DNA of 64,000 nt from contig CAWCSF010000005.1 of the NCBI GenBank assembly GCA_963798195.1, positions 9,725 to 73,724 of the forward strand, in the 5' to 3' direction. The stretch comes from an uncultured Alphaproteobacteria bacterium. GTDB taxonomy: Bacteria; Pseudomonadota; Alphaproteobacteria; Rhizobiales; Kaistiaceae. Under the pieces are notes generated by a model that had not been told where the DNA came from, ran no database searches, and saw only the letters and a list, made by a program, of their open reading frames with translations. The position numbers and the translations under genes are program-made. This document shows, in pieces, positions 42,989 to 52,514 of the stretch. Numbering within the stretch: position 1 is the stretch's first letter; every line of letters starts with the position of its first letter.

Positions 42989-43794
42989 AGGCGTCCCGTG
43001 TCGAACTTCTGAACGTCACGGCAAAGATCGACGAAGGCCGCGGCCTGATGATCGACCACGGCCTTGCCCTTTTGAGCAGTGGCCGCGGAGGCGTTGCCGA
43101 CCGGACCGTTCGGATTCAGGTCCTGCGCCTTCCAGCCGAACTGGATCGGCCCATGGGCGCGCAGATATTTGAATTCCTTCATGAATTCGAGCTGATTCGA
43201 ACGGAAATCGACAGCGTTTTCCATCTTCACCAGGTCGGCGCGGAGATGCAGCATGATCGACGTCTCGATGTCGCCGCCATGGATGCCGTAGAGCGACTCC
43301 TCCGGCGCCGATGTTCCTTCCGGATGACCGAAGCGCGACCATGCCATCGCGACCACCAGCATGTCGTGGCGCACCCGCAGCTCGCGCGCAACGATATCGA
43401 CCATCGGCACGTTGCCGCCATGCGAATTGACGACGATCAGCTTCTCCACGCCGGCGCGGCGGACGCTGTCGCCAATTTCCAGCCAGAGCTTCGTCGTGGT
43501 CTCCCAGGTCGAGGTGATCGTGCCCGGCGACGAGATGTGCTCGTTCGACTTTCCGATCGCCTGAACCGGCAGAAACGTGACCGGCAGATCGTCGGGCAGC
43601 AGTTCGATGGTCCGCCGGATCATGCCCTCGGCGATGCAGGTGTCCGTATAGACCGGCAGATGCGGCCCGTGCTGCTCGATCGCCGCCACCGGCAGCACCG
43701 CAATCCACCTGGATGTGTCGTTATCCGCGAAATCGCGGGTGGTCATTTCGGCCCAGTAGCGGCGGGGGAGCATCGGATGACTTGTCCCGTTCAT
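42976..43794 (-). CDS. Creatininase-family amidohydrolase
   Basis: AVLPVAAIEQHGPHLPVYTD, VNSHGGN, and GIHGGDIETS are family hallmarks. An alternative Met lies at 43773. Confidence 0.85.
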   Translation of the reverse strand: MNGTSHPMLPRRYWAEMTTRDFADNDTSRWIAVLPVAAIEQHGPHLPVYTDTCIAEGMIRRTIELLPDDLPVTFLPVQAIGKSNEHISSPGTITSTWETTTKLWLEIGDSVRRAGVEKLIVVNSHGGNVPMVDIVARELRVRHDMLVVAMAWSRFGHPEGTSAPEESLYGIHGGDIETSIMLHLRADLVKMENAVDFRSNQLEFMKEFKYLRAHGPIQFGWKAQDLNPNGPVGNASAATAQKGKAVVDHQAAAFVDLCRDVQKFDTGRLWTP

Positions 43795-43835
43795 TGCGGT
43801 TTCTCGCTGGCGGACCCTAGGCCGAGACCGCGGTC

Positions 43836-44166
43836 ATGGACAATACGATTGTCTTCCTCAACGGCCATGCCGGTGTCGGCAAGCTGACGACGGCCAAGGC
43901 AATTGCCAAGCTGACCGGCGCGCGAATCGTCGACAACCACACGGTCAACAACCCGATCCTGCCAGATCGAAATGCTCGCCGGCCGGATCGTTTCGCCGGA
44001 GCGCAAACTGCTGCTGAAGGATGTGTCGGCGGAGAGCGCCCACACAGCCACGCAGCGTCCGCTGCTGAGTTTCGAGGAGCCATACGCGCTCGACATCGAC
44101 AATACGGCCCTGTCTGCGGAAGAGGTGGCGGCGCGGGTCGTGGCGGCGGCCAGGGCGTTGCGCTGA
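43836..44166 (+). pseudogene. Remnant of a small P-loop kinase/AAA-family gene (internal deletion plus frame change)
   Basis: The N-terminus MDNTIVFLNGHAGVGKLTTAKAIAKLTGARIVDNHTVNNPIL is in one frame. The C-terminus (Q)IEMLAGRIVSPERKLLLKD...LSAEEVAARVVAAARALR* is in another. Total 331 nt, not divisible by 3. My recollection is that family members are about 170 aa, which would put the remnant roughly 70 residues short. Confidence 0.55.
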
Positions 44167-44181
44167 TTCAGGGTACGGCGC

Positions 44182-45525
44182 TCATAGCGCCTCGAGAAAC
44201 GCCTTTGCCGCGTCGCCGTGCTCGCGGCGCAGGCGCTTCACGTCGATACCGATCGGCTGCCCCTCCTCGACCCGCCATTGGCCGCCAACCATGACCCGGT
44301 CAGCGGCGTGGGCGCCGCAGAGCACAAGGGCCGCCAGCGGATCACCGGCGCCGGAGAAGCGCAACTCGTCCAGCGTGTAGAGGGCGAGATCGGCCTGCTT
44401 GCCGACGGCGATCGACCCGATGTCCTCCCGGCCGATGCAGCGGGCCGAGCCCTCGGTCGCCCAGCGGAGCACGTCGAAATGGGTGACGGCCGCGGCGTCG
44501 TAGGTGAGCCGGTTGATCATCAGCGCGTGGCGGACGCCTTCCATCAGGTTGGAGTTGTCATTCGACGCCGACCCATCGACGCCGAGCCCGACCGGGCTGC
44601 CCGCGGCCTCCAGCTCCTTCGTCCGGCACTGACCAGACGCCAGCACCATGTTCGAGGTCGGGCAATGACAAACGCCGACGTGATGCCGGCCGAGGCGGGC
44701 AACTTCTTCGTCGGTGAAATGGATGCCGTGCGCCAGCCACACGCGCTCGGTCAGCCAGCCGCATTCCTCGAGGTAATCCACCGGCCGGCAGGCGAAATGC
44801 TCGAGGCAATACTCGTTCTCGTCCCGGGTCTCACCGAGATGGGTGTGCAGACGGCAATCGTGCTTCTCGGCGAGGCCCGCACTATCGACCATCAGCCGCT
44901 TGGTGACGGTGAATGGCGCACACGGGGCCAGCGCCACCTGGAGCATCGCGCCCTCACTGCGGTCATGGAAGCGGCCGAGGATGCGCTCGCAATCGGCGAG
45001 GATGGTGTCCTCGTCCTGGACGACGCCATCCGGCGGCAGACCGCCGTCCTTCTCCGACAGGTTCATGGAGCCGCGGGTCAGCGTCATGCGGATGCCGAGG
45101 CGCGCGGCCTCCTCCGCCTGAATGTCCATGGCGTCTTCCAGCCCGACCGGGAACAGGTACTGGTGGTCGGAGGCGCAGGTGCACCCGGACAGCATCAGCT
45201 CGGTAAGCGCCAGCCGGGTCGCAAGACGAAACGCCTCCGGCTTAACGTTCTTCGCCCAGATCGGGTAGAGCGCCTTCAGCCAGGGGAAGAGCTCCTTGTT
45301 GATCGCCGACGGATGGGCGCGGGTCAGCGTCTGGAAGAAATGATGATGCGTGTTGATCAGCCCGGGCACGATGACGTGGCGGCTGGCGTCGAAGACCTGA
45401 TCGACGTGGCCGGACGGCTTGCCGCCGGCCGGCACGAGTTCGGCGATCCTGCCGCCGTCGATCACCAGCCCGCCGCCGGCAGCCTCCGCCAGAACAGCCA
45501 AGGGCTGCTTGATCCAAATGCGCAT
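44182..45525 (-). CDS. COG0402 amidohydrolase, 8-oxoguanine deaminase-like
   Basis: ORF trimmed to MRIWIKQPLAVL (ATG 45525). PGLINTHHHFFQTLTRA, HLGETRDE, CHCPTSNM, and GVDGSASND are metal ligands of the guanine/8-oxoguanine deaminase group. Confidence 0.75.
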   Translation of the reverse strand: MRIWIKQPLAVLAEAAGGGLVIDGGRIAELVPAGGKPSGHVDQVFDASRHVIVPGLINTHHHFFQTLTRAHPSAINKELFPWLKALYPIWAKNVKPEAFRLATRLALTELMLSGCTCASDHQYLFPVGLEDAMDIQAEEAARLGIRMTLTRGSMNLSEKDGGLPPDGVVQDEDTILADCERILGRFHDRSEGAMLQVALAPCAPFTVTKRLMVDSAGLAEKHDCRLHTHLGETRDENEYCLEHFACRPVDYLEECGWLTERVWLAHGIHFTDEEVARLGRHHVGVCHCPTSNMVLASGQCRTKELEAAGSPVGLGVDGSASNDNSNLMEGVRHALMINRLTYDAAAVTHFDVLRWATEGSARCIGREDIGSIAVGKQADLALYTLDELRFSGAGDPLAALVLCGAHAADRVMVGGQWRVEEGQPIGIDVKRLRREHGDAAKAFLEAL

Positions 45526-45527
45526 GT

Positions 45528-45917
45528 TCAGGCAGCCCCCACGGCCGTGACTTCGACTTCGACAAGAAACTCCGGCCGCGTGAAGCCGGAGACGATCACC
45601 AGCGTGGACGCCGGCGGCGGATCGGTGACGTAGCGATCGCGCACCGCCATGTAGTCGCGCATGTGCTCGCGCTTTGTGACAAACGCGTTGATCCGCACGA
45701 TGTCGGCCAAGGTCAGGCCGGCATCGGCGAGGATCGCCGCGATGTTCCGGAAGCAGATCTCGGCCTGCGCCGAAACGCTCTCGGGAACCGAATCGTCCGG
45801 CCCGACGCCAAGCTGGCCGGAGGTGAAGACCATGCGGCCGCCGGCCGGAACGGCAACACCGTGGCTGTAGCGCCCGAACGGCTCTCGGACGCCGGCTGGA
45901 TTGAGCGGAATTGCCAT
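45528..45917 (-). CDS. RidA/YjgF family protein
   Basis: 129 aa. YSHGVAV..., FTSGQLG, AEICFRNI, and a C-terminal VEVEVTAV. Confidence 0.9.
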   Translation of the reverse strand: MAIPLNPAGVREPFGRYSHGVAVPAGGRMVFTSGQLGVGPDDSVPESVSAQAEICFRNIAAILADAGLTLADIVRINAFVTKREHMRDYMAVRDRYVTDPPPASTLVIVSGFTRPEFLVEVEVTAVGAA

Positions 45918-46228
45918 GAATGCCCCGGCTGGTTACGCCCGACGGTACGATTGCCGGGCGACGGCTGACAATACCCCGGGGATGCCGCAGGTCGAGGCCT
46001 ACTGCCGCTTTCTTGTGCAATTGGCTTGTCCTAGAGTGCTGCGCCGAGCGGCGGGATACCGCCGTATCGGCCGCCTGCGCGGGGCCGCAAGCCACGGCAG
46101 GTGGCATACGTCTTGCGACCTTGATAATTGCGCTGACCGGCGGGACAGGCCGGCGACGACGGGGATTGCGAAGGGAAAGTGGCGTCTCTCGACCAGCCAC
46201 AACAATGGGAAGGCGGAGAACAAGCAAC

Positions 46229-47239
46229 ATGAAGACACTGAGGAAAATTGGCCTCGGGCTGGCGGCAGGCGCCGCGGCCCTTGCGCTGGCTGGCCCTGCG
46301 CTGGCGCTCGACGAGGTGTCCTACGGCACCAACTGGCTGGCCGAGGCCGAGCATGGCGGCTTCTACCAGGCCGTCGTCGACGGCACCTACGAGAAATACG
46401 GACTGAAGGTCACGATCGTGCAAGGTGGGCCGCAGGCGGCGAACCAGGCGCTGCTGCTCGGCGACAAGATTCAGTTCTACATGGGCGGCATGCTGGGCGC
46501 CTTCAACGCCATGGTCAACGACGTGCCGGTGATGGAAGTCGCATCGCTGTTCCAGAAAGACCCGCAGGTCCTGATCGCCCATCCCGATGCCGGGGTCGAA
46601 AAGTTCGAGGACCTCGCCAAGCTGCCGACCATCTTCATGGGCAAGGACGGCTTCTCCACCTACTTCCAGTGGATGAAGAACGCCTATCCGGGATTCAAGG
46701 ACGAGCAGTACAAGCCCTACACCTTCAACCCGGCCCCGTTCCTCGCCGACAAGATGTCCGCGCAGCAGGGCTACCTGACCTCGGAGCCCTATGAGATCGA
46801 GAAACAGGGCGGCTTCAAGCCGAAGGTCTTCCTGCTCGCCGACGCCGGCTACGATCCCTACTCGACCACCATCGAAGCCAAGCAGGACTACGTTGCCAAG
46901 AATCCCGACATCGTCCAGCGTTTTGTCGATGCCACCATCATCGGCTGGTACAACTATCTCTACGGCGACAACAAGGCCGCGAACGAGCTGATCAAGAAGG
47001 ACAACCCGGAGATGACCGACGGGCAGATCGCGTTCACGATCGGCCAGATGAAGGAACACGGCATCGTCGAGTCCGGCGAGGCCCTCACCTTGGGCATCGG
47101 CTGCATGACCGACGACCGGGTCAAGGCCTTCTACAAGAAGGTCGTCGACGCAGGCGTCATCAAGGCCGACGTCGACATCTCCAAGGCCTACACGACCAAG
47201 TTCGTCTGCAAGAAGGTCGGCATGGACCTGAAGAAATAG
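46229..47239 (+). CDS. ABC transporter substrate-binding protein, NMT1/THI5-like (NitT/TauT family)
   Basis: MKTLRKIGLGLAAGAAALALAGPALA signal peptide, SD GGAGAA. YGTNWLAEAEHGGFYQAV and GYLTSEPY. Confidence 0.9.
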   Translation: MKTLRKIGLGLAAGAAALALAGPALALDEVSYGTNWLAEAEHGGFYQAVVDGTYEKYGLKVTIVQGGPQAANQALLLGDKIQFYMGGMLGAFNAMVNDVPVMEVASLFQKDPQVLIAHPDAGVEKFEDLAKLPTIFMGKDGFSTYFQWMKNAYPGFKDEQYKPYTFNPAPFLADKMSAQQGYLTSEPYEIEKQGGFKPKVFLLADAGYDPYSTTIEAKQDYVAKNPDIVQRFVDATIIGWYNYLYGDNKAANELIKKDNPEMTDGQIAFTIGQMKEHGIVESGEALTLGIGCMTDDRVKAFYKKVVDAGVIKADVDISKAYTTKFVCKKVGMDLKK

Positions 47240-47387
47240 GATCGCATCGTCACGCCGCGGGACATTCCCCGGCTAGCGCAGGATCCGGAACAACGTGGTG
47301 GCGGAGCCAAAACTCCGTCACCGTTTGCATACGCGGTCTGGTTACGGACCGTCGACGCCGGCGACCTGGCGAAAAACGGAGCCGAGA

Positions 47388-48218
47388 GTGTTGAATACCT
47401 ATTCGACGACGCAAGAGAGCGGACCGGCAGACGGCCGACACGAGCGGCCCCTGGTCTCGCTGCACGGCATCACCAAGACATTCTCGAATGGCACTGTCGC
47501 GCTGCAGAACATGTCGCTCGACATCGGGCAGGGCGAATTCGTCAGCCTGCTCGGCCCCTCCGGCTGCGGTAAGTCGACGGTGCTGCGCATCATCGCCGGC
47601 CTCGGCGAGAAGACGGCCGGCACCATCGAATGGCCGTCCGCCACCAGCTACGACGTCGCCGGCCACCCGCAACGCGAAATCGGCTTCGTCTTCCAGGAAC
47701 CAACCCTGATGCCATGGGGCACGGTGTTCGCCAACGTCTGGCTGCCGCTTCGCCTGCAGCGCATTTCGAAGGCGGACGCGCATGGTCGCGTCATGGAAGC
47801 GCTGCAAATGGTAGGCCTGGAAAAATTTGCCAATGCCTATCCGCGCGAGCTTTCCGGCGGCATGAAGATGCGCGTTTCCATCGCCCGTGCGCTGATCACC
47901 AAGCCAAAACTCCTGCTGATGGACGAGCCTTTCGCCGCGCTCGACGAGATCACGCGCTTCAAGCTCAACAACGACCTCCTGCACCTGTGGGAGACTTTCG
48001 GCTGGACCGTGATCTTCGTCACCCACTCGGTCTTCGAGTCGGTTTACCTCTCAAGCCGCATCGTCGTGATGGCGGCCCGGCCGGGACGGGTGGTGCAGGA
48101 CATCGCCATCGACGCCCCCTACCCGCGCGGCGAGGAATTCCGCACGTCGACCGTCTACAACGAATATTGCCGGCGCACCTCCGAGGCGCTGCACGGCGCC
48201 ATAGAAGCGACCCACTGA
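47388..48218 (+). CDS. ABC transporter ATP-binding protein (NitT/TauT family)
   Basis: GPSGCGKST, LSGGMKMR, and LLLMDEPF. The GTG at 47388 is preceded by ACGGAG, and the start is uncertain by a few codons. Confidence 0.85.
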   Translation: MLNTYSTTQESGPADGRHERPLVSLHGITKTFSNGTVALQNMSLDIGQGEFVSLLGPSGCGKSTVLRIIAGLGEKTAGTIEWPSATSYDVAGHPQREIGFVFQEPTLMPWGTVFANVWLPLRLQRISKADAHGRVMEALQMVGLEKFANAYPRELSGGMKMRVSIARALITKPKLLLMDEPFAALDEITRFKLNNDLLHLWETFGWTVIFVTHSVFESVYLSSRIVVMAARPGRVVQDIAIDAPYPRGEEFRTSTVYNEYCRRTSEALHGAIEATH

Positions 48219-48222
48219 ACCA

Positions 48223-49101
48223 ATGACCGCGCTCGAAGCCGAGAAGACCGACCTGGCGACCGCCCCGCTCCGGCACGGGGAGGACGAAGCCCCGCGGCCG
48301 CCACCCGCGGAAAGCGTCGGCGAACGCGTTGCCCGGATCGCGATCCCGGTCGGCATGCTTCTGTTGTTGATAGGCGGGTGGCAGGTTTTCTGCGACGTCG
48401 GTGAGGTGCCGCACTACATCCTGCCGAGTCCGCTGCGCATAGCGCAGGCGTTCTCCACCGACTGGCCAATCCTGCTCCCGGCGCTGCTGGTGACGCTCAA
48501 GATCACGTTCTCGGCGCTTGGCATCGCGCTTGTCGGCGGTGTCGCGCTCGCGATCCTGATGGCGCAATCGAAGTGGATCGAGCTGGCCCTGTACCCGTAC
48601 GCCGTCATCCTCCAGGTGACGCCGATCGTGGCGATTGCGCCGCTGATCCTGATCTACGCGCCGACGACGCAGTCGGCCCTGCTCATCTGCGCGTGGATCG
48701 TCGCGTTCTTCCCGATCCTCTCCAATACGACGCAAGGCCTGCGCTCGACCGACCACAATCTCCTCAACCTGTTTGAGCTCTACGGGGCAAGTCGCTGGCA
48801 GACCCTCATCCACCTGCAGCTGCCGAACGCCCTGCCCTACTTCCTGGCGGGCCTCAGGATCGCCGGCGGCCTCGCCCTGATCGCCGCCGTGGTGGCCGAG
48901 TTCGCCGCGGGCTCGGCCGGCGCCGGCTCGGGCCTCGCGTTCCGCCTGCTCGAGTCGCAGTTCCGCCTGAACATCCCGCGCCTCTTTGCGGCACTGGTGC
49001 TACTCTCCTTCACCGGCGTGCTGATCTTCTTCGCGACGAGCGCGATTTCGTATCTCTTCCTGCGGAAGTGGCACGAGAGCGCGGTGCGGCGCGAGAACTA
49101 G
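48223..49101 (+). CDS. ABC transporter permease (NitT/TauT family)
   Basis: 292 aa. Six hydrophobic segments, with the EAA-like loop LFELYGASRWQTLIHLQLPNALPYFLAGLR. Confidence 0.9.
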   Translation: MTALEAEKTDLATAPLRHGEDEAPRPPPAESVGERVARIAIPVGMLLLLIGGWQVFCDVGEVPHYILPSPLRIAQAFSTDWPILLPALLVTLKITFSALGIALVGGVALAILMAQSKWIELALYPYAVILQVTPIVAIAPLILIYAPTTQSALLICAWIVAFFPILSNTTQGLRSTDHNLLNLFELYGASRWQTLIHLQLPNALPYFLAGLRIAGGLALIAAVVAEFAAGSAGAGSGLAFRLLESQFRLNIPRLFAALVLLSFTGVLIFFATSAISYLFLRKWHESAVRREN

Positions 49102-49112
49102 AGCGGCGGGGG

Positions 49113-50429
49113 ATGGCCAAGGGCTTTGCCAAGGTTCCGCGCGAGAAGCGCTTCGTGCTGGCAAACGCAACGCTGCCGGCGGCGCTGGTGGATGATTTTG
49201 CCGCCAAGGCCGACCGCGACGGATTGATCGCGGCCGACATCACCATCAAGGACGGCGCGATCGAGCGCATCGACCCGCCGGGGCGGCGAACGCGCCTGCC
49301 GAAGCTCGATCTCGACCGCGGCATGGTGTGGCCGTGCTTTGTCGACATGCACACGCACATCGACAAGGGACACATCTGGCCCCGCCGGCCAAACCCCGAC
49401 GGGACGTTCGCCGGCGCGCTGGACGCGGTGAAACGCGATCGCGAACGCCATTGGCGCAAGGACGATGTCGTCCGACGCATGGATTTCTCGCTGCGTGCTG
49501 CCTACGCGCACGGTACCGCGCTGCTGCGCACGCACCTCGACTCGTCGGCGCCCCAGCACAAGACCAGCTGGCCGGTCTTCGCCGAGATGCGCGAGCGCTG
49601 GGCGGGCCGCGTCGATCTTCAGGGCGTGTCGATCTTCGCGATCAACGAGTTCCTCAACGAGGATTTCGCCAACTCCATCGTCGAAACGGTCGCGGATCAT
49701 GGTGGCGTGCTGGGCGCGGTCACCTTCATGATTCCCGATCTCGACCGGGCAATCGAGCTGATCATGCACCGAGCCGCCAATCGCGGGCTGGATCTCGATT
49801 TCCACGTCGATGAAACGGGCGACCCGAACGCGCATTCGTTGCACGCGATCGCCGATGCGGCGCTGCGCACCGATTTTCCGGGTCGTATCGTCGTCGGCCA
49901 CTGCTGCTCACTGGCAGTGCAGCCGGAGGCGGAGGCCGAGGCGACGATGGAACGCGTGGCAGAGGCCGGTATCGCCGTCGTGTCGCTCCCCATGTGCAAC
50001 ATGTACTTGCAGGACCGCATCGCGGACCGCACGCCGCGCTGGCGCGGCGTCACGCTGCTGCACGAATTCGCCGACCATGGCGTGCCGGTATCGGTCGCCT
50101 CCGACAACACGCGTGACCCGTTCTACGCCTACGGCGATCTCGACATGGTCGAGGTCTTCCGCGAGGCCGTGCGCATCGCCCATTTCGACCACCCGTTCGC
50201 CCGCTGGCCGGCGGCAGTGACACGCACACCGGCCGAGGTGCTGGGCCGGCCCGACCATGGCGTTATCGCGGCCGGCCGACCAGCCGACCTGGTCCTTTTC
50301 AACGCTCGTACATTTACGGAATTGCTGGCCCGGCCGCAGGCCGACAGAACGGTGCTACGGTCTGGCAAGCCCATCGATCGGACCCTGCCGGATTACCGGG
50401 AGCTCGACGACATCATGCAAACCGTGTGA
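49113..50429 (+). CDS. Cytosine deaminase-like amidohydrolase (CodA family)
   Basis: Trimmed to MAKGFAKVP. FVDMHTHIDKGH, LRTHLD, DFHVDETGD, GHCCSL, and VASDNTRDPFY parallel the CodA metal and catalytic motifs. Confidence 0.85.
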   Translation: MAKGFAKVPREKRFVLANATLPAALVDDFAAKADRDGLIAADITIKDGAIERIDPPGRRTRLPKLDLDRGMVWPCFVDMHTHIDKGHIWPRRPNPDGTFAGALDAVKRDRERHWRKDDVVRRMDFSLRAAYAHGTALLRTHLDSSAPQHKTSWPVFAEMRERWAGRVDLQGVSIFAINEFLNEDFANSIVETVADHGGVLGAVTFMIPDLDRAIELIMHRAANRGLDLDFHVDETGDPNAHSLHAIADAALRTDFPGRIVVGHCCSLAVQPEAEAEATMERVAEAGIAVVSLPMCNMYLQDRIADRTPRWRGVTLLHEFADHGVPVSVASDNTRDPFYAYGDLDMVEVFREAVRIAHFDHPFARWPAAVTRTPAEVLGRPDHGVIAAGRPADLVLFNARTFTELLARPQADRTVLRSGKPIDRTLPDYRELDDIMQTV

Positions 50430-50437
50430 GACGCACG

Positions 50438-51853
50438 ATGACCTACGACATCGACCGGCTGAAGGCCGAACTCGCCGGCATCAAGATCGAAGACCACCCG
50501 GCGATCGTGAAGCAGAAAAGCCGGGACTTCTACTGGTATTCCCCGGTCCTGAAACGCCAGCTCGATCACGTCACCGGCGACCTCATCGTCTCGCCGAAGA
50601 GTGAGGACGAGGTCGTGCGTGTCCTCAAGGCGTGCTTCGCGCTCGGCATTCCGGTGACGCCGCGCGGCTCCGGCACGGGCAACTACGGCCAGGCGATGCC
50701 ACTCTCCGGCGGCGTGGTGCTCAGTCTCGCCGAGATGAACAAGGTCAAGTCGATCGCGCCGGGCCGCGTGGTCTCCGAGCCCGGAGCCATTATCGCCAAT
50801 GTCGACAAGGAGACGCGCAAGGCCATCGGCCAGGAAGTGCGCATCCATCCCTCGACGGCGAATACCGCTTCCATAGCCGGCTTCATCGCCGGCGGTTCCG
50901 GCGGCGTCGGCTCGATCAACTGGGGCGGCCTGCGCAACATCGGCAACGTGTTGAGCGCCCGCATCGTCACCATGGAGGAGGAGCCGCGCGTGCTCGCCCT
51001 CGATGGCTGGAACCTGCTCAAGGTGATGCACGCCTACGGTACCAACGGCATCATCACCGAGATCGAGATGCCGCTCGACGCCGCCTATGATTGGATCGAC
51101 GTGATCGTCGGCTACGAGGACTATCTCGACGCCGTACGCTTCGCCAACCTGGTCGGCAACGAGGACGGGCTGCTCTTCAAGGAGGTGGCGACCGTCGCTG
51201 CGCCGGCTCCCCATGACTACTTCCTGCGCCACCAGAAATTCCTGCGCCGCGAACATTCCGTCGTCCTGCTGATGGTGGCGCCGCACGCCATGTCCCCGTT
51301 TTTGGCGCTGGCCGAGCGGGAGAAGGCGGAAATCCTTTACCGCGCCGACACCGCCAGCGAGGCGGACAAGAAGGGCCTGCCCCCGGTCTTCGAACTGGCG
51401 TGGAACCACACCACGCTGCGGGCGCTCCGCGTCGATCCGTCGATCACCTATCTCCAGACGCAACACCGGCATCCCGATCACGTCGAGAGCGTGGCCAAGA
51501 TGACCAAGCTGATCGGCGATGAAATGCCGGGCCATCTCGAGTTCGTTCGCTTCGACGGCAGGCTCGCCGCTGCCGGCCTGCCGATGGTGCGCTTCACGAC
51601 CGAGGAACGGCTCGAAGAGCTGGTGAAGATCCACGAGGACAACGGCGTCAGCGTATTCAATCCGCACCGCTACACGCTGGAGGAAGGCGGGATGAAGAAG
51701 ACCGACGCTGTCCAGCTGGCGTTCAAGAAGGAAGCCGACCCCAGGGGCCTGCTCAACCCGGGCAAGATGATTGCCTGGGAGAACCCGGATTTCGACCTCA
51801 ACTCCGACAAGGTCTATCTTTTTCCCGGCCTGCAACAGACCGCAGCGGCCTAG
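50438..51853 (+). CDS. FAD-binding oxidoreductase (PCMH/FAD_binding_4 type), paralogue of 41600..42988
   Basis: RGSGTGNYGQAMPLSGGVVLSL, HPSTANTASIAGFIAGG, WNHTTLRALRVDPSITYLQ, and ADPRGLLNPGK. An alternative GTG at 50426 overlaps the upstream stop. Confidence 0.85.
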   Translation: MTYDIDRLKAELAGIKIEDHPAIVKQKSRDFYWYSPVLKRQLDHVTGDLIVSPKSEDEVVRVLKACFALGIPVTPRGSGTGNYGQAMPLSGGVVLSLAEMNKVKSIAPGRVVSEPGAIIANVDKETRKAIGQEVRIHPSTANTASIAGFIAGGSGGVGSINWGGLRNIGNVLSARIVTMEEEPRVLALDGWNLLKVMHAYGTNGIITEIEMPLDAAYDWIDVIVGYEDYLDAVRFANLVGNEDGLLFKEVATVAAPAPHDYFLRHQKFLRREHSVVLLMVAPHAMSPFLALAEREKAEILYRADTASEADKKGLPPVFELAWNHTTLRALRVDPSITYLQTQHRHPDHVESVAKMTKLIGDEMPGHLEFVRFDGRLAAAGLPMVRFTTEERLEELVKIHEDNGVSVFNPHRYTLEEGGMKKTDAVQLAFKKEADPRGLLNPGKMIAWENPDFDLNSDKVYLFPGLQQTAAA

Positions 51854-51859
51854 AGCGAC

Positions 51860-52441
51860 ATGCGCACGCTCGTCCTCTTCGCCCACCCGGTCGAAACCAG
51901 CTACGCCGCCGCGCTGCACAGTGCTGTCGTCGAAAACCTCAAGGCCGGCGGCCACGAGGTGGACGATTGCGACCTCTACGCCGAGGGTTTCAATCCGGTG
52001 CTTTCGCGCGAGGAGCGGCTGAACTATCACGACGAGGACGTGTGCACGAAGGCGGTTCAGGAATATGTCGACCGGCTGCGCGCCGCCGAGGCCCTGGTGC
52101 TGAATTTCCCTGTCTGGAATTTCGGTTACCCGGCGATCCTGAAGGGCTTCTTCGACCGGGTGTTCCTGCCCGGCGTGTCGTTCAAGCTCGCCCACGGCCG
52201 GACCTGGCCGAACCTCCACAACATCCGCAAGCTGGCCGCCGTCGTCACCTATGGCGGCGACCGCTGGCGCGCCATGCTGATGGGCGACCCGCCGCGCAAG
52301 GTGGTCAAGCGGGCGCTGCGAGCGGTCGTGCATCCCGTCGCCAAAACGCGCTATCTTGCGCTCTACGACATGAACCGGAACAGCCACGCGACCTGCGCTT
52401 CTTTCCTGGAGAAAGTGTCGCAGGAAATGCAGACTCTTTGA
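51860..52441 (+). CDS. Flavodoxin-like fold NAD(P)H dehydrogenase (quinone) family protein
   Basis: MRTLVLFAHPVETSY, LVLNFPVWNFGYPAILKGFFDRVF (Flavodoxin_2 / NQO-type). Confidence 0.85.
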   Translation: MRTLVLFAHPVETSYAAALHSAVVENLKAGGHEVDDCDLYAEGFNPVLSREERLNYHDEDVCTKAVQEYVDRLRAAEALVLNFPVWNFGYPAILKGFFDRVFLPGVSFKLAHGRTWPNLHNIRKLAAVVTYGGDRWRAMLMGDPPRKVVKRALRAVVHPVAKTRYLALYDMNRNSHATCASFLEKVSQEMQTL

Positions 52442-52514
52442 CCTAGCTGGTTATTCGGGGAATAGGACGGGGACGCACCATGCAACGACTGTCATACGGC
52501 CGACATGTTGGTTG

